This document shows positions 1 through 10,599 of a stretch of DNA of 27,350 nt, piece by piece (within the stretch, counting starts at the first letter, position 1; each line of letters begins with the position of its first letter). The position numbers were made by a program, and so were the translations under genes. A model generated the notes under the pieces. The model was not told where the DNA came from, did no database searches, and saw only the letters and a program-made list of their open reading frames with translations. This DNA is from Octopus sinensis. Taxonomy: Eukaryota. Location of the stretch: the NCBI RefSeq assembly GCF_006345805.1, contig NW_021836496.1:1-27350 (forward strand), in the 5' to 3' direction.

Positions 1-147
1 GCAATGCTTCCGTCAATGGAAAGACGCTGGATAAAAGCGCGTGGATTCAGAAGGGGACTACTTCGAAGGAGATTGAATACGAATTGATATATGTTGTTGC
101 CTACTTATTATAGCACCGGTTCCTATACCTTTTGATCAGGCTTCGTA
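1..147 (+). mobile_element. 3' end of a decayed mariner (Tc1/mariner) element: transposase C-terminus, 3' UTR and right TIR
   Basis: Frame 2 reads QCFRQW...VDSEGDYFEGD* (stop 74-76); two compensating 1-nt shifts restore RRW. This matches the mariner C-terminal W..RW.KC....GDYFEGD pattern. Ends in ...ccttttgatcaggcttcg+TA (146-147), a mariner-style TIR end. Confidence 0.7.
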
Positions 148-177
148 TGTCTTTTATCTTTTACTTATTTCACTCAC

Positions 178-477
178 TGGCACAGTGGTTAGGGCAGCGG
201 ACTCGCGGTCGTAGGATCGCGGTTTCGATTCCCAGACCGGACATTGTGAGTGTTTATTGAGCGAAAACACCTAAAGCTCTACGAGGCTCCGGCAGGGGTG
301 GTGGTGAACCCTGTTGCACTCTTTCACCACAACTTTCTCTCACTATTTCTTCCTGTTTCTGTTGTACCTGTATTTCAAAGGGCCAGCTTTATAACACTCT
401 GTGCCACGCTGAATCTCCCCGAGAACTACGTTAAGGGTACACGTGTCTCTGAAGTGCTCAGCCACTTGCACGTTAAT
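178..477 (+). mobile_element. SINE-A (tRNA-derived), slightly 5'- and 3'-truncated
   Basis: A-box cagtggttag, B-box ggtttcgattcc; body colinear with copies at 15162-15546 and 24379-24746. Confidence 0.9.
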
Positions 478-675
478 AAATGAGTTGCGACGTCACAGGT
501 GCCAGGCTGTATCGGCCTTTGCCTTACCCTTGGATAACATCGGTGGCGTGGAGAGGGGAGGCTGGTATGCGTGGGCGACTGCTGGTCTTCCATAAACAAC
601 TTTGCCCAGACGTGTGCCTCGGAGGGTAAATTTCTAGGTGCAATCACCCATGGTCATTCATGACCGAAGGGGGTC
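478..675 (+). mobile_element. 3' half of another SINE-like repeat fused to the SINE-A copy
   Basis: Starts with aaatgagt, the motif that ends the SINE-B central domain. GC-balanced and ends in a ggtcat-tc-atgacc stem-loop. Single copy in the window. Confidence 0.45.
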
Positions 676-682
676 ACAACAA

Positions 683-903
683 TTTCAGTCACTGGACTGC
701 GGTCATGCTGGGGCACTGCTTTAAAGGGTTTTTAGTCGAACAGATCGGCCACAGTATTTATCTTTTAACTTTTGATACTTATTCCAGCAGTCTGTTATGG
801 GGATGTAAACAAACCAGCACCAGTTGTCAAACGGTGGTGGCGGATAAATACGAAGACATACAGAAATAGATGTGTATACACACACACACATACGCACACA
901 CAC
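683..903 (-). mobile_element. Old, 5'-truncated SINE-D copy
   Basis: tttcagtca..gactgcggtcatgctggggcactgc tail and gtaaaca.accagc body match SINE-D; ends in the internal (CA)n. Confidence 0.75.
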
Positions 904-905
904 AC

Positions 906-1104
906 GAAGGCGCGTGGATTAGTGGGTTAGGGTATTCAGCTCACGATCGTAAGGTTGTGAGTTCGATTCCCGGTGGTGCGTTGTGGTCCTTTTTTTCACG
1001 CTGCTCCAGTCCACCAAGCTGGAAAAAATGAATTGTACCTGTATTTCAAAGAGCCAGCCTTGTCACATTCACTGAATCTTCCTGGGGACTACGTTAAGGG
1101 TACC
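906..1104 (+). mobile_element. SINE-B copy interrupted by SINE-C
   Basis: Head gaaggcgcgtggattagtggg...gagttcgattcc, central gctccagtccaccaagctgg..aaaatga; colinear with 11406-11745. Confidence 0.85.
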
Positions 1105-1307
1105 TATTTCTTTATTGCTCACAAGAAGCTAAACATAGAGGGGACAAACAAGGACAGACATAGGTGTTAAGTCGATTACATCGACCTCAGTGCGTAACTG
1201 GTACTTATCTAATCGACCCCGAAAGGATGAAAGGCAAAGTCGACCTCGGCGGAATTTGAACTCAGAACGTAGCGGCAGATGAAATAGGGCTACGCATTTC
1301 CCTCGGA
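1105..1307 (-). mobile_element. SINE-C monomer (C1 tail), head truncated
   Basis: Contains gaccccgaaaggatgaaaggcaaagtcgacctcggcggaatttgaactc; aagggtacc at 1096-1104 and 1308-1316 is a possible 9-bp TSD. Confidence 0.9.
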
Positions 1308-1549
1308 AAGGGTACCGTATCGATGCTACTATAGTATGATGTCTACCAACTGTTGGTAGTATGAAATATGTTAAAAATCATTAAACATTTATTCCACAAA
1401 AGGAAAGGAGCATAATAGACAGTTTGTTGTGTATATTTACGACAACCAGCAAACCGAGCTTCGTCAATCTGTATAGGATTTTCTTGTGTGCTAATCATTT
1501 GACCCCTCGTTTGGTGCGAAATTATTATGCTACAAACTTCACGAAACAT

Positions 1550-1948
1550 ATTCTTTTCTGCTCTAGGCACAAGGTTCGAAATTTTTGGGGAGGGGGCCAG
1601 TCGATTAGATCGAACCAGTACACAACTGGTACTTAATTTATAGATCCCGAAAGGATGAAAGGCAAAGTCGACCTCTGCATAAATTGAACTCAGAACGTAA
1701 AGACAGACGAAATACCTATTTCTTTACAATCCACAAGAGGCTAAACACAAAAGGGTCAAACAGGACAGACAAACGGATCAAGTCGATTACATCGACACCA
1801 GTGCGTAACTGGTACTTAATTTATTGACCCCGAAAAGATGAAAGGCAAAGTCGACCTCGGCGGAATTTGAACTCAGAACGTAAGGGCAGACGAAATACCG
1901 CTAGGCATTTCGCCCGGCGTACTAACGTTTCTGCCAGCTCGCCGCCTT
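1550..1948 (-). mobile_element. SINE-C heterodimer: one head, C1 unit, then C2 unit
   Basis: Head ggcggcgagctggcag at the right end, two B-box/body units, junction gaaatac|ctatttc near 1710-1723, different tails on the two units. Confidence 0.9.
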
Positions 1949-1996
1949 GAAGCCAACTTTTTACCACACAGCTTCGCCTGCACCTATCTATCTGCC

Positions 1997-2083
1997 TATG
2001 TATGTATGTATGTATGTATGTATGTATGTATGTATGTATGTATGTATGTATGTATGTATGTATGTATGTATCTATCTATCTAT
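1997..2083. repeat. (TATG)n/(TATC)n microsatellite
   Basis: Direct reading. Confidence 0.95.
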
Positions 2084-2256
2084 CAATATATTTATCTCTA
2101 TGTAAGATAATGAGGTTCATAGCATAACCATCGCTTTTCCTTTGTCATCTCTTTTCCTTATCTCCGCTCTATACTCCTCAAAACACTTTGGTCTGAAACA
2201 TTGAGTTCTACACTAGATTAATAATCTCGCAATGCCTAAGCGAACTATATATATAG

Positions 2257-2691
2257 CTTTTACCTTTCATCCTTTACTTGTTTCAGTCATTAGACTGCGG
2301 CCATGCTGGAGCACCGCCTTGAATTTTTAGTCGAATGAATCGACCCCAGTACTTATTTTTAAAATCTAGTACTTATTCTATCAATTTATTTTTCCAAACC
2401 GCTAAGTTACTGGAATGTAAACACACCAACGCCGGTCCTCAAGCGGTGGCGGAGGACAATCACAGATACAAAGTCACACATACATAGGTATTTCTATATA
2501 TATATATATCAAGATTAATCAGCCGAAATTGCTACGATGATCCGGTTCTTGACTGAAGATTGAGGGCTTCGAAGTCCCGTCCGTGTTTTTGTATCGTCTT
2601 CTAAGTGCTTTGCGTTCTTTCCCAGTCTTTTCACCATATTAATAATATAATAATAATAATAATATATATATATATATATATATAATATATA

Positions 2692-2749
<58 letters not shown>

Positions 2750-2919
2750 ATATATATACATACGACGGGCTTCTTTCAGTTTCCGTCTACCAAATATAGT
2801 CACAAGGCTTTCGGCGGCCCGAGGCTATAGTAGAAGACACTTGCCTCAAGGTGCTACGTGGTGGGATTGAACTCAGAACCATGTGGTTAGGAAGCAAGCT
2901 TATCACACTGCTACGTCTA
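2257..2919 (-). mobile_element. Near full-length SINE-D with expanded internal (TA)n and a ~130 bp foreign insert
   Basis: Tail at 2257-2310, head at ~2850-2919; colinear with 8429-8834 outside 2510-2760. Confidence 0.85.
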
Positions 2920-3214
2920 TATAACGCAGGAGAGGAAGTATATTATAATGAACATGAAGTGGCACGCGCGTGTCTATTTTACGCCCCCTCTGTTTTCATC
3001 CATAAGCATCATTATTGTTATTATTTAAAAAAAAGAGCCACAAGAAAACTGCATTCCTTTTCTATGTGCGGATGTGGCAAGGGTGTCGCGCGGTAAGGAA
3101 GTCAAGTATTTCTCAAGGGTGTTTGGAAGGTGAGAGGTTCTAGATTAGTTGTCTGACAATAGCTTGTCACACCTGCTAAGCACATATACTGCCTGAATTT
3201 CTACACAGGTGACT

Positions 3215-3545
3215 GATAGCTGGATAGATAGATAGACAGAAAGATATATAGATAGCTAGATAAATAGCTAAATAAATAGATAGATAGAGAGATGTATAGT
3301 CAGAGATATACAGGCAGACAGATAGATAGATAGACAGAGAGACAGACAGATAGGTAGATAGATAGATAGACAGCTAGATGGACATATAGACAGGTAGATA
3401 GATAGATGGATAGATAAATAGATAGATGGGTAGATAGATTGACAGATAGATCGATAAATAGATAGCTATATAGACAGACAGACAGATAGGCAGATAGATA
3501 AATAGATAGATAGACAGATGGATAGATAAATATATACATTTATAT
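3215..3545. repeat. Degenerate (GATA/GACA)n array
   Basis: Direct reading; explains ORFs 3300-3539 and 3374-3556. Confidence 0.9.
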
Positions 3546-3547
3546 AT

Positions 3548-3678
3548 ACCAACCACATTTTTCCGGGTTCAGTCCCACTGCGTGGAAACTTGGGCAGGGG
3601 TCTTCTGATATAACTTCAGGCCGACCAAAGCCTTGTGATGGGAATTGGCATGTGGAATTTGGAAGAGGCCAGCCGTGG

Positions 3679-3697
<19 letters not shown>
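3548..3697 (+). mobile_element. Diverged 5' half of SINE-D
   Basis: ccgggttcagtcccactgcgtgg...ggccgaccaaagccttgtga matches the SINE-D head and centre. Confidence 0.75.
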
Positions 3698-3723
<26 letters not shown>

Positions 3724-3942
3724 CTCTTTTACTTGTTCAGTCATTTGACTGTGGCCATGCTGGAGCACCGCCTTTAGTCGAGCAAATCGACCCCGGGACT
3801 TATTTTTTGTAAGCCCAGTACTTATTCTATCGATCTCTTTTGTCGAACTGCTAAGTGACGGGGACGTAAACACACCAGCATCGGTTGTCAAGCAATGCTA
3901 GGGGGACAAACACAGCACACAAACACCCACACATACATATAT

Positions 3943-3977
<35 letters not shown>

Positions 3978-4153
3978 GCATATATACGACAGGCTTCTTC
4001 AGTTTCCGTCTAACCAAATCCACTCACAAGGAATTAGTCGGCCCGGGGCTATAGCAGAAGACACTTGCCCAAGATGCGACGCAGTGGGACTGAATCCGGA
4101 ACCATTAGTTGGTTAGCAAGCTACTTACCACACACAGCCACTCTCTGCGCCTA
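3724..4153 (-). mobile_element. Full-length young SINE-D within (TA)n
   Basis: Very similar to 8429-8834 and 19903-20329; (TA)n on both flanks. Confidence 0.92.
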
Positions 4154-4163
4154 TATATATAAT

Positions 4164-4257
<94 letters not shown>

Positions 4258-4283
4258 AGGCGGGTGCCTATATATATATATAT

Positions 4284-4346
4284 GGCGGTGCCCAGCATGG
4301 CCACAGCTCGTGAGCTGAAACTAGATAAAAAAAATAAAAATAAAAA
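4284..4346 (+). mobile_element. Isolated 3' tail of a SINE-D-related retroposon
   Basis: ggcggtgcccagcatggcca-cagctc/gagctg stem-aaac followed by an A-rich tail. Confidence 0.65.
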
Positions 4347-4404
4347 ATATATATATATATATAAATAAATAAATAATATATAATATATATATATTACACA
4401 CACA

Positions 4405-4451
<47 letters not shown>

Positions 4452-4600
4452 GGGTACAGGACATCACAAACTGTAAACAACATGAAATACGAAAACAAAC
4501 GAGTTGAATACGCAAACAACGAGAGAAACAAATGGAAAACAGGATTGCTCAAAATGAGAAGTAGATAGGCAGCCGACATCTGATGAAATGTCGTTCTTTC
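4452..4600 (-). mobile_element. Repeat E copy 1, with terminal inversion 4546-4599
   Basis: 4455-4544 aligns directly with 5704-5800; 4546-4599 aligns with the reverse complement of 5815-5870. Strand inferred from the microsatellite tail. Confidence 0.7.
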
Positions 4601-4607
4601 TGCTAAT

Positions 4608-4639
<32 letters not shown>

Positions 4640-4687
4640 TGTTATGTATGTATGTATGTATGTATGTATGTATGTATGTATATATAT

Positions 4688-4727
<40 letters not shown>

Positions 4728-4817
4728 CTATTAATATAGGTGAATTATTTTACAGGAACTTATAAACAACTTATAAACTTATTTGTGTGTAGTATGTATA
4801 TATACATACTTATAAGT

Positions 4818-5236
4818 AAGGGCTAAAGAAAATTATTTCCATGCCAATATCTGATAACAGACTTTTAAATCGTCAATTTCCACATATTATTTACTCGCTA
4901 CAGAAAATACGTAGAGCTGAATCGGGGAAAGCTGGCCAAAGAATTTTTTTTTTTAAAGAAGTTCGTTATTTCTATTTTGAATCAATTTCGGAATTAATCT
5001 CATAATAGATGTAGAGGAGGAAAAAATCTACTATGAGGAGGAAAAAATCTATTATGAGATTAATTCCGAAATTGATTCAATATAGAAATAACGAACTTTA
5101 AAAAAAAATTCCTTTGGCTAGCTTTCCTCGATTCAGCTCTACGTATTTTCTGTAGCGAGTAAATAATATGTGGAAATTGACGATTTAAAAGTCTGTTATC
5201 AACATATTGGCATGGAAATAATTTTCTTTAGCCCTT
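4818..5236. repeat. Foldback palindrome 1: arms 4818-5010 and 5047-5236, 36-nt loop
   Basis: Arms are reverse complements with about eight differences. An outer 13-bp pair (4766-4778 / 5237-5249) extends it. (TA)n on both flanks. Confidence 0.95.
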
Positions 5237-5467
5237 GTTTATAAGTTGTATAATATATATATAATATAATATATATATAATATATATATATAATTTATAT
5301 TATTATTTGATTGAACGCCACGCATTCATTTCCAAGTTTCTATATATATATATATATTATATATAATATATATAATATTTATGTGTGGTGTGTGTGTGTG
5401 TGTGTGTGTATGTTTGTATGTTTGTGTATGTTTGTATATTTGTCAAGTGTGACTGAAACATAAAAGA

Positions 5468-5520
<53 letters not shown>

Positions 5521-5701
5521 TACACATATATATAATACATACGTGCATACATACATACATACATAATAATTTATACATACGTATACGTACATACTTACAT
5601 CTATACGTTATATATATATATATATATATATATATCTATATATTATATATATTATTATATATTATATATATAATAATAATATCATATATACATCAATGGT
5701 G

Positions 5702-6176
5702 GCCACAGGACGTCAAGAAACGTGTACAACAAAAATACGAAGTACGAGTACCTGGAATATGAACTATTTTTTCGAACAACGAAAGACAGAAATGGAAAAC
5801 AAAAGAAACAATACAAAGAACGACCCTTCATAAGTTGTTGGCTGTTTTTTCTATTCTTGTATTTTGATCATTTAATAACAATATACATTTTCGATAAAAC
5901 CGTTGCACCCGCAAAACAAATGAAATAAAATTTGGGATTTTTCGGAGGGTCAAAATTGGTAACACAAACACGCCAGTGAAAACAAAGAGGAAGGCCTGCT
6001 AAGCCTAAACGAGGTTGTGGCGGCGATCGCGTAAATCAAGCTTGGGCAGGGGACAGACAAGAACACGTCTTCCTTGATCCACCTACAACGGAGAGAAAGA
6101 AAGAAACAAAAGTTAGGAGAAGAAAGATGGCCGATGATCGCGCAGGAGCTACGTGAGCAAGAGACGAAGAGTGAGG

Positions 6177-6180
<4 letters not shown>
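5702..6180 (-). mobile_element. Repeat E copy 2 (longest)
   Basis: Shares caggacgtca..aaacgtg.acaa.aaaatacgaagtacgagtacctgg and gctaagcctaaacgaggttgtgg...gatggccgatg with copy 3; (TA)n on the left and (GA)n on the right. Confidence 0.8.
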
Positions 6181-6222
<42 letters not shown>

Positions 6223-6555
6223 ACTGTGAAGGGGATAGGAAAAATTGGAGATAGGATAAGTAAGAAAAACATGAGGGGGAGAAGGGGAGGTAGAAGAATA
6301 AGAGAGAAAAAACCGAAAGAGCAATAGGATAGAATAATGAGAGAAGAGGAGGTAAAAGAATAAGAGAGAGAAAAAGAGAAAAACAAAAGAGTAAAAAGAT
6401 AGTAGAGTGCGCATCAGAATTATTAAGATAAAACTTACTTGGAAGACAATGCGTGGTGTTCACTCATATAATAATATAAATGAATAATATATATATATAA
6501 TATTATATATATATATAAATATATACATACATACATACGTATATGTACATACATC

Positions 6556-6592
<37 letters not shown>

Positions 6593-6598
6593 TATGTG

Positions 6599-6868
6599 GG
6601 CACGGGACGTCACGAAACGTGAACAAAAAATACGAAGTACGAGTACCTGGGATTTTGGTAGCACAAACAGGACAGTGAAAACAGGAAGAGCTGCTAAGCC
6701 TAAACGAGGTTGTGGTGGCAAAAGCGTAAATCAAGCTTGGGCAGGAGACAGACAAGAACGCGTCTTCCTCGATCCAGCTACAACGGAGAGAAAGAAAGAA
6801 ACACAAGTCAGAAGAAGAGAGATGGCCGATGGACCCCCTTCACTCTTCCTCCCTTGCTCGCGTGGCTC
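6599..6868 (-). mobile_element. Repeat E copy 3, internally deleted, with terminal inversion 6836-6868
   Basis: Colinear with copy 2 apart from a ~200 bp deletion after gtacctgg; last ~33 bp are the reverse complement of 6146-6177. Confidence 0.8.
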
Positions 6869-6963
6869 TCTCCTCAAAGGAAGGAGCTGGTTTCTAAAAA
6901 TGATACAAATCTTCAGTGTTGGACATTAGATAGCAAAAACCAATTCGTTTTGAATTTGCGAAA

Positions 6964-6964
<1 letters not shown>

Positions 6965-7022
<58 letters not shown>

Positions 7023-7090
7023 ATGTATGTATGTATGTATGTATGTATGTATGTATGTATGTATGTATGATGTATATGTATGTATGTATT
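6965..7090. repeat. (GTCT)n-(GTAT)n microsatellite
   Basis: Direct reading. Confidence 0.95.
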
Positions 7091-7537
7091 CATGTATGTG
7101 TTTGTGAGTGAATAAGCAGAAAATGCTAAGTACTATTACGCTTTGTGTGCTTCAGTTCTATTCATAGGTGTGGCATGTCCAGTATACGTCATATTTCAGT
7201 ATTTCATAGTAGTCAGATGGTCATAATAAAGTGATAGATTTCTTAGATATATGATGACGGTTGAGTATCGATAAAATGTAATTGTGCCGCAAGGTGTCAT
7301 GATACAGTGCTACCACCACCACCACCACCACCACCACCACTAGCCTTCCAAGAATTTGGACCTGGAGATCTCCATTTCCAGCGACTTCGAGGGCCACCTC
7401 CCAGTGGTGTCGGGCGTCAACGCAGAGCCCTCGACTTACAACAAGACGACCAAAGTTTTTTTTTTTCCAAAGTTCTGGGGTCTCCCACCCTTAAGCCCTA
7501 GACCATCACCTAAACACCCTTACCCGTCTTGTTGCTT

Positions 7538-7650
7538 AACAACAACAACAACAACAACAACTACAACAACAACAACAACAACAACTACAACTACAACAAC
7601 AGCAACAACAACAACAGCAACATCAACAACAACAACAACATAAATAACAC
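7538..7650. repeat. (AAC)n-rich trinucleotide array
   Basis: Direct reading. Confidence 0.95.
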
Positions 7651-8428
7651 AATACATCAACACTTGAGAATGTTTATACGAATGCCTTTCGAACATCCGT
7701 CTTATTTTTTTTGTTGCTCGGTACACCTACACTAAAACCTGTCCCGCTCAGTTGTCTGACTCTGTATGTGTGTGTGTGTGTTGTTGTTGTTAATCAGCCT
7801 AATGACAAACCTGGTCGAGAACTCCTCTGACCAAAGGCTTTCTAGCTGTGCCCATCCTATCTTTTGCTTTTTACGCACGGCGTATGCAGGCGTTTGATTC
7901 AAGGTACACTCCTTGTGTGTGTGTGTGTAATTCTTTAGAAATTTGGCTGACAGGATCTTTTTTCAATTTCTTCCAACCACTTGAAATTTGAAGTATTTCA
8001 AATTAACACCAAATTAGTGCTTAAAACGTAGTTTTTGTATTGTTTCGTATGCTGATGACGAAAATGGCACTTATTTTTTTTCCTAGGAATTAATAATGCT
8101 TTCAAATTTTGCGTCAAGGCCAGCCGTTGCATCTAGTATTTTTCATTCACAAAATATGCATTTTTTTAAAAAGGAAGTAAAAAATGTGAAAATCGGCTAT
8201 AATAATGTAGCCTTTCAGTCTCATTGCTATGAAAGTATGATGTTGTGGAGAAAAAAATTGGAGAAAAAATTCACAGAGGTAAAAAAAACTCGTAAAAACT
8301 TTTTGAGTTTAGCGGAGCGGTGTCAACTTTATGGCTGTACCCTGTGAAATTTATAGTTTAGCGTCTGACTTGTTCATTGTAGTTTTCTAAATAGACAGAA
8401 ATACTCAATAAAATCAACATGTTTCATC

Positions 8429-8834
8429 TTACTCTCTTTACTCTTTTACTCTTTTACTTGTTTCAGTCATTTGACTGCGGCCATGCTGGAGCACCGCCTT
8501 TACTGGGCTTACTTATTCTTTGTAAGCCCAGTACTTATTCTATCGGTTTCTTTAGCCGAATCGCTAAGTGACGGGGACGTAAACACACCAGCATCGGTTG
8601 TCAAGCAATGCTAGGGGGACAAACACAGACACACACACATACACACACATATATATATATACACATATACGACAGGCTTCTTTCAGTTTCCGTCTACCAA
8701 ATCCACTCTCAAGGCATTGGTCGGCCCGGGGCTATAGCAGAAGACACTTGCCCAAGATGCCACGCAGTGGGACTGAACCCGGAATCATGTGGTTGGTTAG
8801 CAAGCTACTTACCACACAGCCACTCCTGCGCCTA
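8429..8834 (-). mobile_element. Full-length young SINE-D
   Basis: Head taggcgcaggagtggctgtgtggtaag (A-box) and gggttcagtccc (B-box-like), internal (TA)/(TG) microsatellite, (GTAAAAGA)n tail. Confidence 0.93.
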
Positions 8835-9164
8835 TTACTGTTTCTTTTGCTTCTTCATTGATTGTTTTTATCATTAAAAAATTTTTGTTATATTAATATA
8901 TTTGTCTGCATGTGTTTACTTTATACGTATTTCAGTATTATGTATACCTGCCATGTATTTGTGTATATCATTAATATATATACGGGCATGTGTGTGTGTG
9001 TGTGTGTGTGTGTCTGTCTGTCTCCAAAACTCTAAAGTTGAGTAACGTTTTCATGCTTGGGTTTGTAAACTACGATAAGAATATCACTGGTCAACAAAGA
9101 ATTTGTCCCAAGGAAAAGAATACCTGTAACTTATATGTTTTTGCATGCAGAGTTCAAAAATAAT

Positions 9165-9268
9165 CTTTGCTACTCTAGGCACAAGGCCCGAAATTTTAGG
9201 AGAGAGGACCAGTCGATTAAATCGACCCCAGTACGCAAGGATGAAAGGCAAAGTCGACCTCGGCGGAA
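9165..9268 (-). mobile_element. 5'-truncated SINE-C (C2 tail) with 16-bp TSD
   Basis: agagttcaaaaataat (9149-9164) and agaattcaaaaataat (9269-9284); small internal deletion. Confidence 0.88.
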
Positions 9269-9607
9269 AGAATTCAAAAATAATGTCAAATTATCTGTAT
9301 CACGCACAGTTTCTCTGTTCCACGATATCCCTCTCAGTTCCTGTTTCGTTGGTTATATTTCAGTTAAGCTGTTGAAATGTGAAACTAACGGTTTAAGAAA
9401 TACTCCTAATTTACATTCTTATGTATAGAATTAGCCTAGTGAAATCATAAATCTAGTTATATGAGTCAACGAGTCCCAAAAACATATGAAATGGAAAATA
9501 TGTAAAAATACTAACACACAGAAGCACAGAAAATATGTAATACACTAACACACAGAAAAATTAAAACATAACACGCGGGTGAAATCAACATAGACAACAG
9601 CAGCACA

Positions 9608-9805
9608 GTGGAGGCGCAATAGCCCAGTGGTTATGGTAGCGAACACGCAGTCGTAAGAATACGGTTTCGATTCCCGGTCCGGGCATTGTGAGTGTTTCTT
9701 GAGCAAAATACCTAATCTCCACGAGGCTTCGGCGGGGGGAGGGTGGTGAACCCTGCTGTACTCTTTCACCACAACTTTCTCTCACTCTTTCTTCCTACTT
9801 CTGCT
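9608..9805 (+). mobile_element. SINE-A, 5' half
   Basis: gtggaggcgcaatagcccagtggtta...ggtttcgattcc head followed by the SINE-A body. Confidence 0.88.
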
Positions 9806-10172
9806 ACAAAGCAGAGGAACCATGGTGTAACCCGCTATTGTGTGGTAAACTTTCAGACCCTTGTCTAGATTGCGAATCCTCTGTACCCCAGGATGGTTCA
9901 GCTCTCCATCCGTTAAAAGCCACCGTTTACGGAATGAGGATAACAACGTAGCTTTCGCACCCGTGCAACCGCCAGTCTATCGTGTGTGGTGGGTGGATCT
10001 TCAAGTTGCCACACGCATTCTTAGTAGCTTAGAGTAGGCTCGAATTAGAGATTATTCTTTGTGGCTAATAGTGTGAGTCCTGATCAGAAGAAGAAGAAGA
10101 AGAAGAAGAAGAAGAAGAAGAAGAAGAAGAAGACAGCAGCACAGACAACAGTGAATTACAACACAGCTTGCG

Positions 10173-10186
10173 GTTGTCATGGTAAC
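10173..10186. promoter_or_regulatory. RFX X-box-like motif with a reverse CCAAT ~28 bp downstream
   Basis: GTTGTCATGGTAAC fits GTTNYY-AT-RRYAAC; ATTGG at 10214-10218. Motif match only. Confidence 0.35.
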
Positions 10187-10244
10187 AAGCTGCTAATGCC
10201 ACGCTGTCTGTTGATTGGCTAAAATTACCCAAATTTCCCAAATT

Positions 10245-10520
10245 TAGTGGTTAGGAGTATTTGACTCACGTTCGATTCATGGCGGTGCGTTGTGTGATTG
10301 AGTAAGATCCTTTAATTCACGTTGCTCCAGTCCACTCAGCTGGCAAGAATGAGCTAAAGGGCTAGCCTTGCCATACCTTGTGTCACACTGAAACTCTCTG
10401 AGAACTTCGGTATGGGTCCACCTGTCTGTAGGGTGCTTAACTACTTGCACGTTATTTCCACGAGCAGGCTGTTCGGTTGACTGAATCAGCCGGAACGCTC
10501 CTCGTCGTAACCGACGGAGA
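10245..10520 (+). mobile_element. Old SINE-B copy
   Basis: tagtggttag head, gttgctccagtccactcagctgg centre, cgtcgtaaccgacggag tail. Confidence 0.85.
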
Positions 10521-10599
10521 GTCATTTCTATGGAGCGCAATATTGTTACCGAGAGATTTTGAAAGGAAATCCAGGTGGAGATCAACGACTGCTAATGTA

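Noticed and set aside
2520-2575. GAAA...CTGAAGA as a type II hammerhead
   Set aside because: Stems I and II cannot be formed; stem III is very weak.
4571-4600. CTGATGA in repeat E as a hammerhead
   Set aside because: The motif lies in a hairpin loop (cgacat/atgtcg) with no downstream GAAA-stem III.
8052-8063. CTGATGA-C-GAAA as a hammerhead
   Set aside because: No room for stem II and no stem I or III pairing found.
7946-8346. Possible DNA-transposon remnant ending in gctgtaccctgt
   Set aside because: No matching left TIR or TSD could be identified.
9497-9558. ~35-bp tandem duplication (aaaatatgtaa..ctaacacacagaa)
   Set aside because: Real but an ordinary slippage product.
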